A stretch of DNA of 64,000 nt from an uncultured Chloroflexia bacterium (GCA_963820415.1 CAWFZT010000004.1:261344-325343), one strand, 5' to 3'; positions 17,746 through 28,123 are shown, counted from the stretch's first letter. The notes: generated by a model from the letters alone, not told the origin. Translations and numbers: made by a program.

Positions 17746-18703
17746 CGTTGCACAGGTGGCAGCCCTTTCTGACCTGGTAGTAGCGCAGGTCGAAAAAGCC
17801 GTAGTTGGGAAGCAAGCCGTGCTCAAGATGATCATGGCGGCCATTCTATCAAGCGGCGGGCACGTGCTACTCGAAGATTATCCAGGTCTGGCCAAGACGC
17901 TGATCGCCAACAGCTTTGCTACGGCGTTGGGGCTGTCTTTCAAACGCATCCAGTTTACCCCCGACCTGCTCCCCGGGGATATCACCGGCGGATACGTATA
18001 CGACCGGTCGCAAAATCAATTCCTTTTGCGCAAAGGGCCCATCTTTGCCAACATTATCCTGGCTGATGAAATTAACCGCGCCTCTCCACGTACCCAGTCA
18101 GCCTTGCTCGAAGCTATGCAGGAATACCAGGTAACACTGGAAGGCGATACCATGCGGCTGCCTGAGCCTTTCATCACCCTCGCCACACAAAACCCAATTG
18201 AATATGAAGGGACCTTCCCTTTACCTGAAGCACAGCTTGACCGTTTCATCATGAAACTGTCGGTGGGATACCCCGCAGTAGAAGATGAACGCCTCATTCT
18301 CCAACGCCGGCGCGACCGCCGGCGCGATGAATTTTCTTTACAGCCAGTAGCTGATACGAAACGCCTGCTTGAAATCCGCCAGGCGGTTGAGGAAGTCCAC
18401 CTCGACTCTGATATTGAGGATTATATCGTCCAGGTTGTCACTAAGACGCGCCAGCATCGCAAGGTGGTGGTGGGGGCTAGCCCGCGCGCTACCCTGGCCT
18501 TACTGAAATTGACCCGCGCCTGGGCTGCCATGCATGGACGCAGCTACGTACTGCCGGATGACGTGAAACTGTTCGCCAGGCCGGTCTTGATCCATCGTTT
18601 GATCCTGGAGCCCGACCTGTGGACCCAGAGAAATGCTGCTGAGGATGTTGTAGCGGACATTTTACGCACTGTACCTGTACCGGTCATCAAGGAAGTTGAA
18701 TGA
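17735..18703 (+). CDS. MoxR-family AAA+ ATPase
   Basis: It has LLEDYPGLAKT (Walker A variant), ADEINRASPRTQSALLEAM and LATQNPIEYEGTFPLPEAQLDRF. The ATG at 17735 lies 6 nt after GGAGG. Confidence 0.85.
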   Translation: MSVDVAQVAALSDLVVAQVEKAVVGKQAVLKMIMAAILSSGGHVLLEDYPGLAKTLIANSFATALGLSFKRIQFTPDLLPGDITGGYVYDRSQNQFLLRKGPIFANIILADEINRASPRTQSALLEAMQEYQVTLEGDTMRLPEPFITLATQNPIEYEGTFPLPEAQLDRFIMKLSVGYPAVEDERLILQRRRDRRRDEFSLQPVADTKRLLEIRQAVEEVHLDSDIEDYIVQVVTKTRQHRKVVVGASPRATLALLKLTRAWAAMHGRSYVLPDDVKLFARPVLIHRLILEPDLWTQRNAAEDVVADILRTVPVPVIKEVE

Positions 18704-19989
18704 CCCAGCGGTTCCTGCTGCTGATCTTCTTCCTTTATTCCTTGCTGTTCCTAGGTTTAGCCAGCCGGACAGGTGCAGTTATTGCCCTGGCGATCCCTTT
18801 TGCAGTATACCTGGGCGCCGCGCTTATTTTTATCCCCGATAAGCCGGAATTGAGCGCCCGGCGGACACTCAGCACGCAGCATGTCACACAGGGAGTAACC
18901 GTAACCGTCAGGGTTGAAATTACCAATCTTGGTGAAAAGGTTGAAGAGCTGCTTGTGCGGGATGTTCTGCCCGCCGAGGTCGAGCTGGTCCAGGGAAAGA
19001 CCAGGGCGGTGGCGACCCTGTCTCCTGGAAAAACGGTTGACCTGGAATACGAAGTAAAAGCCAAACGAGGACGCTATACTTTCAATTATGCTCAGGCCAC
19101 AGCTACCGATTATCTGGAATTATTTGAAAGGAGGGTCACCCTGGAAGCGGCAGCAGATCTGCTGATCCTCCCGCAAGTGCAGAAACTGCACTCCATTCCC
19201 ATCCGGCCTTTACGCACGCATGGGTTTTCAGGCCCGATTCCCTCCCGTAAAGTAGGGTCAGGGGTCAATTTCCTTAACATCCGGGGATACCAGGCTGGCG
19301 ATCCTTTGCGCTGGATTAATTGGCGGGTCAGCGCTCGCCATACTGATGAGTTATTTTCAAACGAATTTGAGCTGGAGCGCATTGCCGATATCGGGATAAT
19401 CCTGGATGCTCGCCAGCAGAGCGATGTAGAAGCGCAGGATGGCAACCTTTTTGAATATGCGGTTCATGCGACCGCCTCCCTGGCAGATGCTTTCCTGGGG
19501 GATGGAAACCGGGTAGGCCTGCTGATTTATGGTAGGGGAATGGAATCGACCTTTCCTGGTTATGGTAAAAAACAACGGCAGCGTATATTACAGTCGCTTG
19601 GACGCGCCAGGACGGGCAACAGCTATGCCTTTAAAAGCCTGGAAAATTTACCCACTCGTTTCTTCCCTTCCGGATCTCAAATTGTATTGGTCAGTCCTCT
19701 TGACCGTGAGGATATTCCCGTCTTGATTCAATTGCGCGCCCTGGGTTACGAGTTGATGGTGGTCAGTCCAAATTCGCTCTCTTTCGAAGCCAGGCATTAT
19801 AAAGAAGAAAAAACCGCAGGCCTTGCCAGTCGCATAGCCAATTTGGAACGAGCCATGATGATTCACAGTCTGAGACGAGTTGGCATCCCGGTGGTAAATT
19901 GGCAGGTAGAAAGCTCTCTGGATAATGCTCTGCACCGCACGGTCAGTTTAATGGTGAAAAAACAGCATATTTTAAAGGTGTCCAAATGA
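18700..19989 (+). CDS. DUF58 domain protein (vWA-like, MoxR partner)
   Basis: 429 aa with two N-terminal TM helices. It has the DUF58 signature (GYQAGDPLRWINWRVSARH) and an ATGA overlap with moxR. Confidence 0.8.
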   Translation: MTQRFLLLIFFLYSLLFLGLASRTGAVIALAIPFAVYLGAALIFIPDKPELSARRTLSTQHVTQGVTVTVRVEITNLGEKVEELLVRDVLPAEVELVQGKTRAVATLSPGKTVDLEYEVKAKRGRYTFNYAQATATDYLELFERRVTLEAAADLLILPQVQKLHSIPIRPLRTHGFSGPIPSRKVGSGVNFLNIRGYQAGDPLRWINWRVSARHTDELFSNEFELERIADIGIILDARQQSDVEAQDGNLFEYAVHATASLADAFLGDGNRVGLLIYGRGMESTFPGYGKKQRQRILQSLGRARTGNSYAFKSLENLPTRFFPSGSQIVLVSPLDREDIPVLIQLRALGYELMVVSPNSLSFEARHYKEEKTAGLASRIANLERAMMIHSLRRVGIPVVNWQVESSLDNALHRTVSLMVKKQHILKVSK

Positions 19990-20486
19990 AGCTGATCAGG
20001 CGCATTCTCATTATCAGTATTGTTTTTGCCGCTTTTTCGGTGGCAATCGGCTATGGGATGGGGAGTTTGTGGTTGATCGCCCCGGTTTTTTTGATTGTTG
20101 GTGGGGGATGGGTTTATTTTGAATGGCGCGGCTGGGATTGGCCTGCTTCTATATTTTTGATCGGTTTTGTCGCTGCCTGTGTTTTTGGCATGCTGCTCGT
20201 GCTTTCCCCATTAATCATGCTGTTGGGTGTCCTGGCAGCTCTGCTTGCCTGGGACCTTGACCACATATCCAGGCGCTTGAAAGGCGTTCACGAGGAATAT
20301 ATGGCAGAGAGCATGGCTAAAGAGCATCTTCTGCGGTTGATACTGGTTAATGGCTGCGGTCTGGTGCTGGCGAGCGCCTCTTTGCTGATCCAGACGCAGA
20401 TCAGTTTTATGGGAGCGATTGTCCTGTCTGTGTTGGTTATCCTGGGGGTTGGTTTTACCGTCGGCTACCTGCGCAGGATAGCCTGA
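19986..20486 (+). CDS. small polytopic membrane protein
   Basis: 166-aa hydrophobic ORF with an ATGA overlap with the DUF58 gene. Confidence 0.6.
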   Translation: MKLIRRILIISIVFAAFSVAIGYGMGSLWLIAPVFLIVGGGWVYFEWRGWDWPASIFLIGFVAACVFGMLLVLSPLIMLLGVLAALLAWDLDHISRRLKGVHEEYMAESMAKEHLLRLILVNGCGLVLASASLLIQTQISFMGAIVLSVLVILGVGFTVGYLRRIA

Positions 20487-20495
20487 TTGCCCTTC

Positions 20496-21245
20496 TTATT
20501 TGAGTAGTTCAATCAAAGCTAAAGCATTCGCCGGAGCGTAACCTTCGTAGTCATTGTTGAAGAAGATATAGACACGTTCCGCCCCATCGGTTTTCATTTG
20601 GCGGGCTTTCGAGGCGATTTCCCGCAATTCATCGTTAGAATAATTGTATGAGTACCAGTGGTGGCGTCCGTGCAGCCGCATGTAGCCGGTAGAAGACGTC
20701 ACCCAGCCGGTAAATTGGAAGCGCGGGGATTCGGCGTCGCAGAAAACCGCGCCTGCTTCTTGCAACAGCGTCCGGATTTCATTGTTGTACCAATCCTCTC
20801 TGCGAAATTCCACCGCTACCTGGCGCGGGTTCCCGAACGTCTGGATGGCGCGCCTGAGGCGCGCTGGATCGTAAGGCATGTCAGGGGCGATCTGCAGCAG
20901 AACCAGGCCAAGTTTTTCACCCAGCAGGCTGGCTGAATTCCAGAACTGGTGGATGTTCTCTTCTGCATCCAGCAGATATTTCCGGTGTGTGATCAGTTTG
21001 GGCGCTTTCAGCACGAATTTGAAACCAGTGCCAACCCGATCCCGCCAGTTGAGGTAGGTCTGGTCATTGAAGAATCGGTAAAAAGTAGCATTAATTTCGA
21101 CCGCTGGAAAAAGGTTCACGTAATAATCGAACCAGCGGTTCTTCGGCAGCCCGGCAGGGTAAAAACATCCTTTCCAGTGATCGTAAGTCCAACCGGAGGT
21201 TCCGACGAGAAAAGAAGCCCGATCCATTTCCATAAGATGTGACAA
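20496..21245 (-). CDS. DUF72 (UPF0759) family protein
   Basis: 249 aa. It has GTSGWTYDHWKGCFYP and FYRFF motifs. Confidence 0.75.
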   Translation of the reverse strand: MSHLMEMDRASFLVGTSGWTYDHWKGCFYPAGLPKNRWFDYYVNLFPAVEINATFYRFFNDQTYLNWRDRVGTGFKFVLKAPKLITHRKYLLDAEENIHQFWNSASLLGEKLGLVLLQIAPDMPYDPARLRRAIQTFGNPRQVAVEFRREDWYNNEIRTLLQEAGAVFCDAESPRFQFTGWVTSSTGYMRLHGRHHWYSYNYSNDELREIASKARQMKTDGAERVYIFFNNDYEGYAPANALALIELLK

Positions 21246-21270
21246 ACTCGTAGGCTAGGTCCGCTTGCAT

Positions 21271-22683
21271 TTACCGGGTGGCAGCCAATTTCTTGCGACG
21301 TTCCAGTTCGGCGCGCATTTCAGCATGCTTCTGGCGCGAAATCGGATACTTATAGACCGCCACGAAAGAGAGCAGCAAGATAACCGCCGGCGCCAGGCTG
21401 ACGAAGATGCGTAAAGCCATCAATACTGCCGGGGGTTGCACCGGCAGGGCGCCTCCAGGCACCTGATTGATATAGCCGGTCAAGGCAAAGACGTAGTTCG
21501 ACATGGCCAGTCCGAGTGAAATGCCCAACTTTTGCAGAAATACGAAGAACCCATAGAATATGCCTTCACGACGCTGCCCGGTTTCAAGCTCATCCATCTC
21601 GACTACGTCCGGGATCATGCTCCAGGGCACCAGATAACCGATGCTCACGCCTGCCCCCGCCAGGATTGCCATGATGAAAAGAAAAGTGATTTGGCCTGGT
21701 TGGATGAAGAACAGGATGATCTCGACCACGACCCAAAAAGACATCCCCATGTAATAGATATTTTGCTTACCGATTTTGCTTGAGATCTTGGCCCAAATCA
21801 TCAGGAAAATAAAGGCGGAGAACTGCACAGCCAACACCAGGAACCCAAATGAGGATTCCGCCCCGATCCAATATTTGACATACAACAACAGGTTGTTCTG
21901 GACGAACTGGATTGCCAGCCAGGAGAGTAAATAGATGACGGTCACGCTGACAAAAGCTTTGTTTTGGAACGCAATGCGCAGCCCTTCGAAGAAACCTGGC
22001 CCTTTGTCGTCCGGATTTTCAGTCTGAGCCTTCACCAGTTCCTCATAATGTTTTTCGCGGGTAAAGAAAAATGTGATCCAGTTGGCGCCCACAATCAAGA
22101 TTGCCCAGCAAGCCGCGGCAACTGCATTTCCGGTATAAGGGTTGCCGACTGCGCTGACGATCTGTGTATGAAAGAAGACCGCCAGCACCCCTCCCATTAT
22201 GGAAAAACTCAAGCGGTAGGAGGAAAGACTGGTCCTTTCGTCGTAGTCGTGGGTCAGCTCTGGCGTCATTGCTGAATAAGGCACGTTGGCTGCTGTGTAG
22301 GCACCATCCAGCAGGAAAGCTACCGCCAAGTAATACCAGAATTTAGCGGTTTCGCTCCATTGTGGCACCAGCCATTGTGCAAAGAAAAGCAGTCCAAAAG
22401 GCACCGCTGCAAAAAGCAGCCACGGGCGCCGGCGTCCCCAATGCGATTTCGTGCGATCGGTCAGTGCGCCCACGATCGGATCGTTGACTGCATCCCAAAT
22501 TTTTGTTACCAGGAAGATCGTCCCAACCAGGGCAGGATGCAGGCCGACCACATCCAATAAGAAGGCGTTCAGCAAGAAACCATTTACTCCGGAAACAATC
22601 GCTGGCGCCAGGTCTCCAACCCCATAAGCCAGCTTGGCGCCAACGCTCATCTTCTCCGAATCAGGCTTCGACGACAGCGACAT
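21271..22683 (-). CDS. MFS transporter, glycoside-pentoside-hexuronide (GPH) type
   Basis: 470 aa. It has KLAYGVGDL...DAVNDPIVGALTDRT.SHWGRRRPW, the GPH signature. Confidence 0.8.
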   Translation of the reverse strand: MSLSSKPDSEKMSVGAKLAYGVGDLAPAIVSGVNGFLLNAFLLDVVGLHPALVGTIFLVTKIWDAVNDPIVGALTDRTKSHWGRRRPWLLFAAVPFGLLFFAQWLVPQWSETAKFWYYLAVAFLLDGAYTAANVPYSAMTPELTHDYDERTSLSSYRLSFSIMGGVLAVFFHTQIVSAVGNPYTGNAVAAACWAILIVGANWITFFFTREKHYEELVKAQTENPDDKGPGFFEGLRIAFQNKAFVSVTVIYLLSWLAIQFVQNNLLLYVKYWIGAESSFGFLVLAVQFSAFIFLMIWAKISSKIGKQNIYYMGMSFWVVVEIILFFIQPGQITFLFIMAILAGAGVSIGYLVPWSMIPDVVEMDELETGQRREGIFYGFFVFLQKLGISLGLAMSNYVFALTGYINQVPGGALPVQPPAVLMALRIFVSLAPAVILLLSFVAVYKYPISRQKHAEMRAELERRKKLAATR

Positions 22684-22750
22684 GGTAAACTCCTAACGGG
22701 GGAAATGAATTATTATACAAATGAACCTTAGTTATTCCCCTCTACCTACA

Positions 22751-22845
22751 GGGCTCATTAGGATTTACCTTGGAAGGTCCCCAGATTTTGGGGTGTCATG
22801 ACACACCAAAATCTGGGAGTTCACCACAGCTATTCCCAGAGAACC
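22751..22845 (+). repeat. long-hairpin palindromic intergenic repeat, copy 1 (complete)
   Basis: The copy reads GGGCTCATTAGGATTTACCTTGGAAGGTCCCCAGATTTTGGGGTGTCATGACACACCAAAATCTGGGAGTTCACCACAGCTATTCCCAGAGAACC. Confidence 0.9.
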
Positions 22846-22847
22846 AC

Positions 22848-23825
22848 CTACGGGCCAGTACATTTCAGGGTGATATTGACTTTAGGAAACGCCTGGTGGT
22901 TAGGATCGTCAATGTAGATCCTTTCCCAATCGTGGTAGGTGTTGGGTTTAGCGCCGTAATTCCAGGTGGTCGTAACTGTTTTTGTTCCTGCCCCTGAAAA
23001 TGTTAGAGTTTCTGATGAGCTTGAAGAACTATCGCTGCGATCCCAATGGTAGGTAACGGTGCCGGCTTTGTTCACCTTTATTTTCGCTGTCCAGGTGAAC
23101 TCGTGTGGACAATCGCCGGTAAAACTACTGTCGTCTACCGTGGTGGTAATAGAAGTAACCGCAAAAGTAGTTTCGGTAGGGGAACCAACAGTGATCTTGA
23201 CCCAGAAAGCCTGGTTGGCATTGCTGCCCCACCCAAAGATTGCCCCGCCGGGGTTGCGCATTTTATAAAAGCCGGTATAGCTCTTAGGAGTGGTGGGTGA
23301 TGTCAGGCTTACTGAGACATTGACAGTCCCATTCGGAGCTACACTGGTCGTGATCGGAATCTGCGCTGGTGAGCTCATAGCATCCCCATTGAAAAAGACC
23401 ACCGAATACCCCGGGCCCCAGGTCGTGGTGCCGGCATTGGTAAGCTGCCAGGTCTTCGTGAAAGTCGTACCCGGATCGACCACTGTGTCATCCGGGTAAG
23501 TAATATCTTTGACATTCCCTAGTTTATCCAACGGGCCAATGGTGGAGGTTGGCGGGACCTGTGTCCAGGTAGCCACCGGCCTAGAAGTATCCGATGGCTC
23601 TGGGGTGTCGGCTGAAGCAGACGGCGCCAGTGTGTTGGTGGGCTTTTGAGGCGGTTTGGCAGTCTCTGCCATTTGTGTGCTCAACGCCTGGACAGTTAGC
23701 GCGGCAGCAGTACCGACCACATCTTGAACTGGGGTGGAGGATGGCGTTCCCATAGGCAGGTTGCATGAGCTAATCAATAATGAGAAGCAAATAACCAAAG
23801 ATAGGCTTGGAACCAGTTTCTTCAT
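22848..23825 (-). CDS. lipoprotein with NBR1-type Ig-like domain
   Basis: The start is the ATG at 23825 after AAGGAGGAG. It has a lipobox (LLISSC), a Thr/Pro-rich linker and ITYPDDTVVDPGTTFTKTWQLTNAGTTTW. Confidence 0.7.
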   Translation of the reverse strand: MKKLVPSLSLVICFSLLISSCNLPMGTPSSTPVQDVVGTAAALTVQALSTQMAETAKPPQKPTNTLAPSASADTPEPSDTSRPVATWTQVPPTSTIGPLDKLGNVKDITYPDDTVVDPGTTFTKTWQLTNAGTTTWGPGYSVVFFNGDAMSSPAQIPITTSVAPNGTVNVSVSLTSPTTPKSYTGFYKMRNPGGAIFGWGSNANQAFWVKITVGSPTETTFAVTSITTTVDDSSFTGDCPHEFTWTAKIKVNKAGTVTYHWDRSDSSSSSSETLTFSGAGTKTVTTTWNYGAKPNTYHDWERIYIDDPNHQAFPKVNITLKCTGP

Positions 23826-23884
23826 TTCTCCTCCTTGGTGCGTCAATGAAAATAGTGCTATATATATTCTATACCAGATTAAAA

Positions 23885-23908
23885 AAGATATTTCCCAGGA
23901 TATATCTT
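23885..23908 (-). terminator. weak AT-rich hairpin plus T-run downstream of 23949-25541
   Basis: The minus strand reads AAGATAT-ATCCTGGGAA-ATATCTT followed by TTTTT. Confidence 0.35.
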
Positions 23909-23948
23909 CTTATTATTAAACGTTCAACCCCTCAAAAAGTTCCCCTGG

Positions 23949-25541
23949 TTATCCAGTCCTGGAACGGTCCTGCCAGTTACGCAGTGTGGTCATCACCCGT
24001 TTCCAAAATTCTTGCAGCAGGTTGGCTTTTTCTCCATCAATCTCGTGCTTGCTGTAACGGGCTTCAACGAAAGAATCAGTGAGCGCATCAATTTCATTTT
24101 CAACTTCTGGCAGCGAAGTGCGCAAGGTCTGCTCGAATTGGAGTGGGGTTTGATGGAGCTTGCGCGGCAGCCCGTGCTGACCGCTGCGGCGGATCAGGGT
24201 CAGGTAATAGAAAATGACTTTCTGGCGTGGAGGAAGGCGGCGCGGGTTGGAGTACTCGGAGTTCTCAGCATTTGTCTTCGCTGAAAGAGCCGACCGGCCT
24301 CTCTGAAATGTAGCTGCCAGTGTATCCGAGATCTGTTGATTCACCCCCCGCAGCCAGGACCAAATGGATTTCAGTCCGGCGATGAACCAGGCAATAAAGG
24401 AGAGGCGTCCAAGAGAAGAAATTAGAACTTTATTCTGGATCACATACGTCTTGATTGCATAAAACAGGACTGCTGCGAATATCACCCAGAAAACCACCGC
24501 TCGTACCGTTTCCAGCCAGGGCAGCGGCGCAGGCGGGGGCGTGGTCTGTACCGGGCCAAATTGAGGAGTTCCCGGAGTTTGCGGCTGTTCCTGATTATTG
24601 CCTTTGAAGAACAATGAAAAAAACCAGGTGAAGAAAAAAGCAATTAAGGCAATGATAAATAAGAATATTTGGATGATATAAAAGAAGATGATTTGCAGGG
24701 CATATAGCAGTTGCAATGAATAATGGGTTGGTAAAAGGAGAATCAGGAAACCCAGAAGGACAAAAAATGCCAGCGTGTAGATAATCCAGTTCCTCGATAG
24801 AGCTGGGCTGACGGGGGTCCGTTGCCACAACCACCTGCCGTGAAGCAAGGCGAATTGGCTCTGGCTCAATAAAATGAGCGCCAGAACGAAATAGATGACC
24901 ACGTTGAGGACAGGCGCCTGCCAGGCATCCGGGATGCCCATCTGGGCCGGGAGGTTTGTCCGGGTAAGGGCCGTGAAAAATACGATGACCAGGCCGGTGC
25001 CTAATACAATTTCCAGCAACCGCTGGTGGGTGAACAGGCGATCTTTCTCCAGGAATCCGATATTTTCGTTAAAAACATCTTCTTCGTCGCTCTGTAACGT
25101 CTCAAAATCGGCCAGCAGGCGCCCACAGAGCAGACGGGTACTAAAGATCAGTATGACATCCAGAAAATATTCGAGAGAGAAAAAGGTGGACAGGTCCGTC
25201 TGCCATTGTTGGACATCGACCAGAATCTGGCTAAAACCGTGCAGGAAATACAAAAGGATTTTTACCAGGATGGCGATAAAAACAAACTCGGACGCCAGGA
25301 AGATTATTTTATCCCGCCCGGTCAGGGAACGAGTGATGTTTCGGGAAAGAATCGTTTCCAGGCTAACCGCCAGGAAAAACCAGGCCAGATAGGACCCATT
25401 CCAGCCGGGCGACATGCGCTCGCCAAAATTGACGAAGGTGATTCCGATACAGGCCATCATAATGCAAATAATGAATTGACCGGCGATGAAGGACAATTTC
25501 CGGTTCACCAAGAAATTCTTCTGCAAATTCTTGATGTTCAC
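23949..25541 (-). CDS. large polytopic membrane protein with C-terminal DUF4129-like domain
   Basis: 530 aa with many TM segments. The C-terminus TPLQFEQTLRTSLPEV...FVEARYSKHE is DUF4129-like. It has a 4-nt overlap with the DUF58 gene. Confidence 0.65.
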   Translation of the reverse strand: MNIKNLQKNFLVNRKLSFIAGQFIICIMMACIGITFVNFGERMSPGWNGSYLAWFFLAVSLETILSRNITRSLTGRDKIIFLASEFVFIAILVKILLYFLHGFSQILVDVQQWQTDLSTFFSLEYFLDVILIFSTRLLCGRLLADFETLQSDEEDVFNENIGFLEKDRLFTHQRLLEIVLGTGLVIVFFTALTRTNLPAQMGIPDAWQAPVLNVVIYFVLALILLSQSQFALLHGRWLWQRTPVSPALSRNWIIYTLAFFVLLGFLILLLPTHYSLQLLYALQIIFFYIIQIFLFIIALIAFFFTWFFSLFFKGNNQEQPQTPGTPQFGPVQTTPPPAPLPWLETVRAVVFWVIFAAVLFYAIKTYVIQNKVLISSLGRLSFIAWFIAGLKSIWSWLRGVNQQISDTLAATFQRGRSALSAKTNAENSEYSNPRRLPPRQKVIFYYLTLIRRSGQHGLPRKLHQTPLQFEQTLRTSLPEVENEIDALTDSFVEARYSKHEIDGEKANLLQEFWKRVMTTLRNWQDRSRTG

Positions 25542-26731
25542 GCCCGGTTTCTCCAGATTTCAAGATCCCGTTCAAACCACACCGGATAAACGGGAATATT
25601 GAACTGCCTGGCCTGTTGGCGGATTTCAGCCAGACCGGTGATGTTTCCACACAAAACCAGCACCACATCCAATCCTGCGCGCTGAGCGCGGTAAAATTCT
25701 TCAAACAATGTTTTATCCGCTTGCCCGGTAATTGCCACTAACGTTGATCCCCAGGAAAGGTGCACTCGCTGCTGGCGAATCAGCTCATTGACTGAGGTCG
25801 TATCGACCGTTTTCACTCGGGCAAGGGTTTCCAGAATTCGGATTAAATGACCGCGGCCCTTGTGCGGAGGCAACGGCTGAGTAATTTTGTCTTCGCACAG
25901 GGGATCCATTCCATTCGTTGCCAGCCCCACCGACTGTTTATGGGCGACTGCCCAGTTGGCGATAGAGGCGGCGGCGGTGATGGCGGTTTCAGTAGCGTCG
26001 AAGCGCGTTTTGTATTGATATTCTTCGTTGTTAAGGTTCAAGAAAATGGCGATCTCCAACTCGATGGAGGGTTCGAACTGCTTGACCTGCAGCCGTCCGA
26101 CCGACGCCGAGGCTTTCCAATCGATGCGGCGCAAGGAATCGCCGGTTATATAATCCCTTTTTCCGGTTGGCCTGTTAGGATCTTCGAATATGGGTTGTTT
26201 GTAGCGCAGCGTGCCAATCGGCGCGTGAGAAGGCAGGTTCAACTCGATAATCGGCACCACTCTGGGATAAACGATAATGTAATCGGATTTTCCTTCAAAC
26301 CGTTTTTCTTTTGTTAAACCCAGCACGTCTCCGGAGGAAAGTTGAAGCGGTCCAATGTTGTAATAGCCTCTTTTACGGCCGAACAACTGGTAGGATAAAC
26401 GCACACGTTGGCGGGGCGCCAGGGTTAGCACGCGTTGGAAAGTTGGCGATGTGCGAATCTCGACCGGCACTGATTCTTGCAGCTTCACCCATACCGCTGG
26501 CAGTCTGCCTTGATTGGTTACCTCGATTTCCAGAGTGATGATCTCACCCAGAAAGATCCTTTTTGAAAAAGTACGCCTGAAGGTAATTGATGCCAGGGCG
26601 CGTTCACTCCACCAGCGGCCTAGTAAGAATGCCCCCAACAGCAAGTAAAGCAGGGTAAAGACGAAGTTATCCTGGGTGGCAATAGCCATAGCAAGTAACA
26701 GAATGACATAGATTAAAATGGGTGCGTCCAC
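25538..26731 (-). CDS. DUF58 domain protein (MoxR partner)
   Basis: 397 aa with N-terminal TM helices and the motif DYITGDSLRRIDWKASAS. Confidence 0.8.
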   Translation of the reverse strand: MDAPILIYVILLLAMAIATQDNFVFTLLYLLLGAFLLGRWWSERALASITFRRTFSKRIFLGEIITLEIEVTNQGRLPAVWVKLQESVPVEIRTSPTFQRVLTLAPRQRVRLSYQLFGRKRGYYNIGPLQLSSGDVLGLTKEKRFEGKSDYIIVYPRVVPIIELNLPSHAPIGTLRYKQPIFEDPNRPTGKRDYITGDSLRRIDWKASASVGRLQVKQFEPSIELEIAIFLNLNNEEYQYKTRFDATETAITAAASIANWAVAHKQSVGLATNGMDPLCEDKITQPLPPHKGRGHLIRILETLARVKTVDTTSVNELIRQQRVHLSWGSTLVAITGQADKTLFEEFYRAQRAGLDVVLVLCGNITGLAEIRQQARQFNIPVYPVWFERDLEIWRNRA

Positions 26732-26776
26732 GAATCCTCGTTACGCAAAACCTGGCTGTTGGCATGCACAGCCATC

Positions 26777-27724
26777 TTACTTGAGATTGCCGATTTCTAA
26801 AGGTACCTGGGTCAATATGTCTTGAAGAATTGAGGCAGTGACGCGGCCGCGCAGCTCGGCTTCAGGTGATAGGACCAGGCGGTGGGTCAGTACTGCGGGA
26901 GCCAGGTATTGTATATCGTCCGGTATTACATGATCGCGACCTTTCATGGCTGCATACGCCTGTGCTGCGCGAAACAGGGCCAGGCTGGCCCGCGGGCTGG
27001 CGCCCAGGGAAAGGTCAGGATGGTGGCGGGTCGCATCAGATAGTTTCACAATATAATCATGCAGTGTGTCATCCACGTGGATATCCCACACCTGGTGCTG
27101 TAATTCGACCAGCCTCGTACCTTCTTCAACGCTGTGCAGGTGTAAGATGGGGTGTTCATACTGGAGGTGGGTCAAGAGCAGTTTCTCGTCCACCTGAGAA
27201 GGATATCCCATCGAGAGGCGCATTAAGAAGCGGTCGAGCTGAGCTTCGGGCAGCGGGAATGTGCCTTCGTATTCGATGGGATTTTCCGTCGCCAACACCA
27301 GAAAGGGTCGAGGTAGAGAGTAAGTGATGCCATCTACCGTGACCTGCTGCTCCTGCATGGCCTCAAGCAGGGCAGACTGGGTGCGCGGGGTGGCGCGGTT
27401 GATTTCATCTACCAGCATAATATTGACGAAAATCGGTCCCGGATGGAACTCAAATGAGCTGGTTTTCTGGTTGTACACCGACACACCGGTCACGTCGTTT
27501 GGCAGCAGGTCGGGTGTGCATTGGATCCGTTTGAATTTTCCGCCCAGGCTGGTAGCCATGGAACGCGCCAGCATGGTTTTTCCTACTCCAGGGACATCTT
27601 CCAGTAATACGTGCCCCTCACACAATAAGGCTACCATCAATAATTCGATTACCGGGCGTTTTCCGACAATCACATTTTCGACATTTTCAGTGACATGCGT
27701 CACAAATTCCTGAATGGTAGTCAT
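26777..27724 (-). CDS. MoxR-family AAA+ ATPase
   Basis: 315 aa. It has LLEDVPGVGKT, VDEINRATPRTQSALLEAM and LATENPIEYEGTFPLPEAQLDRF. Confidence 0.85.
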   Translation of the reverse strand: MTTIQEFVTHVTENVENVIVGKRPVIELLMVALLCEGHVLLEDVPGVGKTMLARSMATSLGGKFKRIQCTPDLLPNDVTGVSVYNQKTSSFEFHPGPIFVNIMLVDEINRATPRTQSALLEAMQEQQVTVDGITYSLPRPFLVLATENPIEYEGTFPLPEAQLDRFLMRLSMGYPSQVDEKLLLTHLQYEHPILHLHSVEEGTRLVELQHQVWDIHVDDTLHDYIVKLSDATRHHPDLSLGASPRASLALFRAAQAYAAMKGRDHVIPDDIQYLAPAVLTHRLVLSPEAELRGRVTASILQDILTQVPLEIGNLK

Positions 27725-27856
27725 CTTTACTCCGTCTTTGGATGGAAACTTTGATGGTTTGTTATCCTTTTATACCATTAACCTAGAAGGAAGAGTTAAG
27801 GCTCATTGGGAATTTCCCTCCTAGGTTCTTCCATGCGAAAACCCAAAGATCCAGAA

Positions 27857-28123
27857 TTACTCCTGCTGAGCGCCTGGCTGGCCGATCTGGCGTATTTCAA
27901 CTTTGACCCCTTCGATTTCAATTGGTATGCGCTCCTCAGGGAGGAGTGGGTGAGAAACCATTTTCTTTACCAACACTACCAGGACGAATTCATCCCCGCT
28001 TTTACCGACGCCCACCCCAACCACGTTAGGAGTGGCCATTAACCTGGGTTCGTAAACTTTTTTTACTTTGAGGACCTTCTGGTAAGAAGCTTGTGATTCA
28101 TCCGGTTGAGCGGGTTGGTTCAT
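27857..28123 (-). CDS. small protein homologous to the N-terminal pro-domain-like region of the adjacent S1 protease
   Basis: 88 aa. VLKVKKVYEPRLMATPNVVGVGVGKS...VLVVLVKK...IPIEIEGVKVEIRQIG aligns to VLKIKEQHKDKLLGKPNVVGVGTGYK...VIALVSRK...IPGELDGVVTDVVEIG of the protease. It has an ATGA overlap with the protease stop. Confidence 0.65.
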   Translation of the reverse strand: MNQPAQPDESQASYQKVLKVKKVYEPRLMATPNVVGVGVGKSGDEFVLVVLVKKMVSHPLLPEERIPIEIEGVKVEIRQIGQPGAQQE

